This document shows positions 61,743 to 64,000 of a stretch of 64,000 nt of DNA, piece after piece; positions within the stretch are counted from its first letter, which is position 1; every line of letters begins with the position of its first letter. Source of the stretch: Methanobacteriota archaeon. GTDB taxonomy: Archaea; Thermoplasmatota; Poseidoniia; Poseidoniales; Poseidoniaceae. The translations under genes were made by a program, and so were the position numbers. The notes under the pieces were generated by a model. It was not told the origin of the DNA and made no database searches. It saw only the letters and a program-made list of their open reading frames with translations. Location of the stretch: contig JAYOBJ010000006.1 in assembly GCA_038104845.1 (NCBI GenBank), positions 10,994-74,993 on the forward strand, read 5' to 3'.

Positions 61743-64000
61743 GCAGAAAGAGCACGATGATCCCCAAGCGAATCGCACAGATTCGTTTCGGTTTGATGGA
61801 CCCCCTCGAAATCCGCAAGATGTCGGCTGTTGAAGTCAAGACGGCGGACACGTACAAGGACGACGGTCACGCCTACAAGCAGGGTCTGATGGACCCTCAC
61901 ATGGGTGTGATTGAGCCCGGTTTGGTGTGCCCAACGGACAACTGCCAGTACCAGGACTCGCCCGGTCACTTCGGCCACATTCAGCTCGAGCTGCCCGTCA
62001 TCCACATCGGGTTCGTGAACCTGATCAAGACGGCCCTCAAAGCGACCTGCAACAGCTGCAGCCACATCTTGCTTCACGGCGAGGCCGGCTCCAGTCCATC
62101 GGCCAACCCCGAACAATCCGAGCAGGACTTCTACCGAAACCGTATCCGCGACGTCATCACCAAGCACGGCGTGGGTTCCACGGAATTCTCGAAGATCATC
62201 AAGGAAGTCGAGAAGGTCACCTCCGGCACCAAGCGAAAGGTGTGCATGCACTGCGGCGAATCGCAAGGCAAAATCATCCTTGACAAGCCTACCACCTTCA
62301 AGGAGAAGCACGAGAACAACAACACGGAACGTAAACTCAACCCTCGTGACGTTCGCGAATGGTTGAGCAGCATCCCTGCAGACCATCTGATTTTCATCGG
62401 TATGGACAAGCAAAACCGGCCGGAATGGGTCGTGCTCAAGGTGCTGCCCGTCCCACCCATCACCGTTCGACCGTCCATCACCTTGGACAGCGGTGACCGG
62501 TCAGAGGACGACCTGACCCACAAGCTGGTCGACGTGCTTCGCATCAACCAGCGGCTCCGTGAGAACCGTGACTCGGGTGCGCCTCAACTCATCGTTGAGG
62601 ACCTGTGGGAATTGCTTCAGTACCACATCACCACGTACTTCGACAACCAAACCTCTGGCATCCCGCCCGCTCGCCACCGCTCCGGTCGCACCCTCAAGAC
62701 GCTCACGCAGCGCCTGAAGGGCAAGGAAGGCCGTTTCCGAAGCAACCTCTCCGGGAAGCGTGTCAACTTCTGTGCTCGCTCGGTGATTTCGCCCGACCCC
62801 TACCTCAGCGTGAACGAGGTCGGCGTGCCAACCAAGATCGCCAAGGAACTGACCGTCCCCATCCGTGTGACGGCCCGAAACCGTGAGCAAATGCGGCAGA
62901 TGATCCTGCGCGGTCCTGATGTCCACCCCGGTGTGAACTACATCATCCGAGGCGACGGTCGCCGTGTCAAGATCAACGCTCGAAGCCGTTTGATCAACGC
63001 CGGCTTCCGCTGCCACAACCCAGAGTGCAACGAGGAAACGACCACCCGTCACGACCTCCATTCCGTGCTCCCCGCACCCAACTTCCTGCCAGGCTTGGTC
63101 ATCCAGAAGCAAATCTCGCTCAGCGGCATGGACCAGTCCCTTGAGGAAGTCACCTACACCGTGAACGACACGGCCACGCTGGCCAACCTGCAAGGTGTGG
63201 ACGAGAACGGAAAGATGCTCGCTGAGGACGACCCACGTGCTGTGCTCCACTACCGTTGGATGCACGAACTGTCCCAGGCCGACAACCCCAACCCTGAACC
63301 CTACCCCGAACACCTCGAAGTGTCCTGCCCACACTGCGGCAGTCCCTTCGACGAGTGGACCGAGGAGCGAACGGGCGTGGAAGACCGCTTGGCGACCGTG
63401 GACCGCTACGGCAACCCCAAGCCCGGTCTCCAGGTCGAGCGCCACCTGATCGACGGCGACGTCGCGATCTTCAACCGACAGCCGTCGCTGCACCGCATGT
63501 CCATGATGGTGCACGAAGTGCGTGTCATGGAAGGTCACACGTTCCGGTTCAACTTGGCCGTGTGTACGCCCTACAACGCTGACTTTGACGGTGACGAGAT
63601 GAACCTTCACGTTATCCAGTCCGAGGAAGCTCGAGCCGAAGCCAAGATTCTGATGCGTGTCCAAGAGCACATCCTGACGCCCCGCTACGGCGGAGCGGTC
63701 ATCGGTGGCATCCACGACCACATCTCCGGCGCTTACCTGCTCTCCCGACCCGGCACCCTCATCCGCCAAGCCCACGGCTTGGAGATGCTGGGCAACATCG
63801 GTTACACCGGTGAACTGCCCGAGTTGGTGAAGGACGAGAACGGCCAACCCGCCTACCGTGGACAGGATTTGATTTCCCTCATCATTCCCGACAACATCTT
63901 CCTTCGGTTCCGCAGCCGAAGCAACGACGATGTCGTGGTGAAGGAAGGTCATGTGGACGGCACCCTCGACAAGCGTGCCATCGGTGCTGAAGACGGACGT
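61739..64000 (+). CDS. rpoA1: DNA-directed RNA polymerase subunit A' (Rpo1N), 3'-partial (runs off window)
   Basis: Not in the ORF track (no stop in the window); I translated it manually from the ATG at 61739 (ATGA overlap with rpoB). GHFGHIQL, NRQPSLHRMSMM, YNADFDGDEMNLH. Open to position 64000. Confidence 0.97.
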   Translation, partial: MSRKSTMIPKRIAQIRFGLMDPLEIRKMSAVEVKTADTYKDDGHAYKQGLMDPHMGVIEPGLVCPTDNCQYQDSPGHFGHIQLELPVIHIGFVNLIKTALKATCNSCSHILLHGEAGSSPSANPEQSEQDFYRNRIRDVITKHGVGSTEFSKIIKEVEKVTSGTKRKVCMHCGESQGKIILDKPTTFKEKHENNNTERKLNPRDVREWLSSIPADHLIFIGMDKQNRPEWVVLKVLPVPPITVRPSITLDSGDRSEDDLTHKLVDVLRINQRLRENRDSGAPQLIVEDLWELLQYHITTYFDNQTSGIPPARHRSGRTLKTLTQRLKGKEGRFRSNLSGKRVNFCARSVISPDPYLSVNEVGVPTKIAKELTVPIRVTARNREQMRQMILRGPDVHPGVNYIIRGDGRRVKINARSRLINAGFRCHNPECNEETTTRHDLHSVLPAPNFLPGLVIQKQISLSGMDQSLEEVTYTVNDTATLANLQGVDENGKMLAEDDPRAVLHYRWMHELSQADNPNPEPYPEHLEVSCPHCGSPFDEWTEERTGVEDRLATVDRYGNPKPGLQVERHLIDGDVAIFNRQPSLHRMSMMVHEVRVMEGHTFRFNLAVCTPYNADFDGDEMNLHVIQSEEARAEAKILMRVQEHILTPRYGGAVIGGIHDHISGAYLLSRPGTLIRQAHGLEMLGNIGYTGELPELVKDENGQPAYRGQDLISLIIPDNIFLRFRSRSNDDVVVKEGHVDGTLDKRAIGAEDGR

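Noticed and set aside
58791-63952. Long minus-strand ORFs (593, 345, 249 and 483 aa) across the RNAP genes
   Set aside because: They are antisense to rpoB and rpoA', whose plus-strand translations contain the universally conserved RNAP blocks. These are shadow ORFs.

Overview
GC-rich, very gene-dense archaeal chromosomal window: about 70 protein genes and 2 tRNAs. Most intergenic gaps are under 100 nt, and many start/stop codons overlap (ATGA or TGATG). Many 'M' starts in the supplied ORF track are really GTG or TTG. I re-called a start where an in-frame ATG, neighbour spacing or a signal peptide gave a better model.

Archaeal identity is directly visible from aCPSF1/FttA, proteasome beta, SepF, ZPR1, PurP, RNase P Pop5, ribosomal protein eS1 (S3Ae) and an RpoH-RpoB(unsplit)-RpoA' operon at the 3' end. 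Mixed in are bacterial-flavoured genes: a PlsC-type acyltransferase, ThyA+DHFR and a T. ferrooxidans-type GshA. There are also very large surface proteins with thrombospondin-type-3 repeats, CARDB-like repeats and an arylsulfotransferase-like propeller. By inference only, this fits a planktonic Thermoplasmatota lineage such as Marine Group II/Poseidoniales; taxonomy needs a database search. I saw no CRISPR array, transposase, integrase, prophage or recognisable defence genes.

The most system-like novelty is a tightly coupled 5-gene minus-strand operon (51816-45968):
- a secreted, membrane-anchored protein;
- a small membrane protein;
- a Tat-dependent Rieske protein;
- a cytochrome b N-domain protein;
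- a 938-aa protein fusing the cytochrome b C-terminal (subunit IV) domain, a large outer-face insert and a cytoplasmic HdrD-like 2x[4Fe-4S]+2xCCG module.

Secondary observations:
- three paralogous coiled-coil proteins clustered with a Roadblock/LC7 protein, a GNAT and a surface receptor that has cytoplasmic tandem zinc ribbons (20.3-29.1 kb);
- a tail-less divergent FtsZ paralogue (GGGCGTG);
- a ~125-150 aa Cys4 insertion in RpoA';
- an N-terminally extended RpoH;
- a methyltransferase::BirA fusion;
- eS1 fused to a SAP/Rho_N-like domain;
- a PdaD-like protein lacking the pyruvoyl-forming Ser-Ser.

All functional calls come from motif reading and memory of the protein families. No searches were run.
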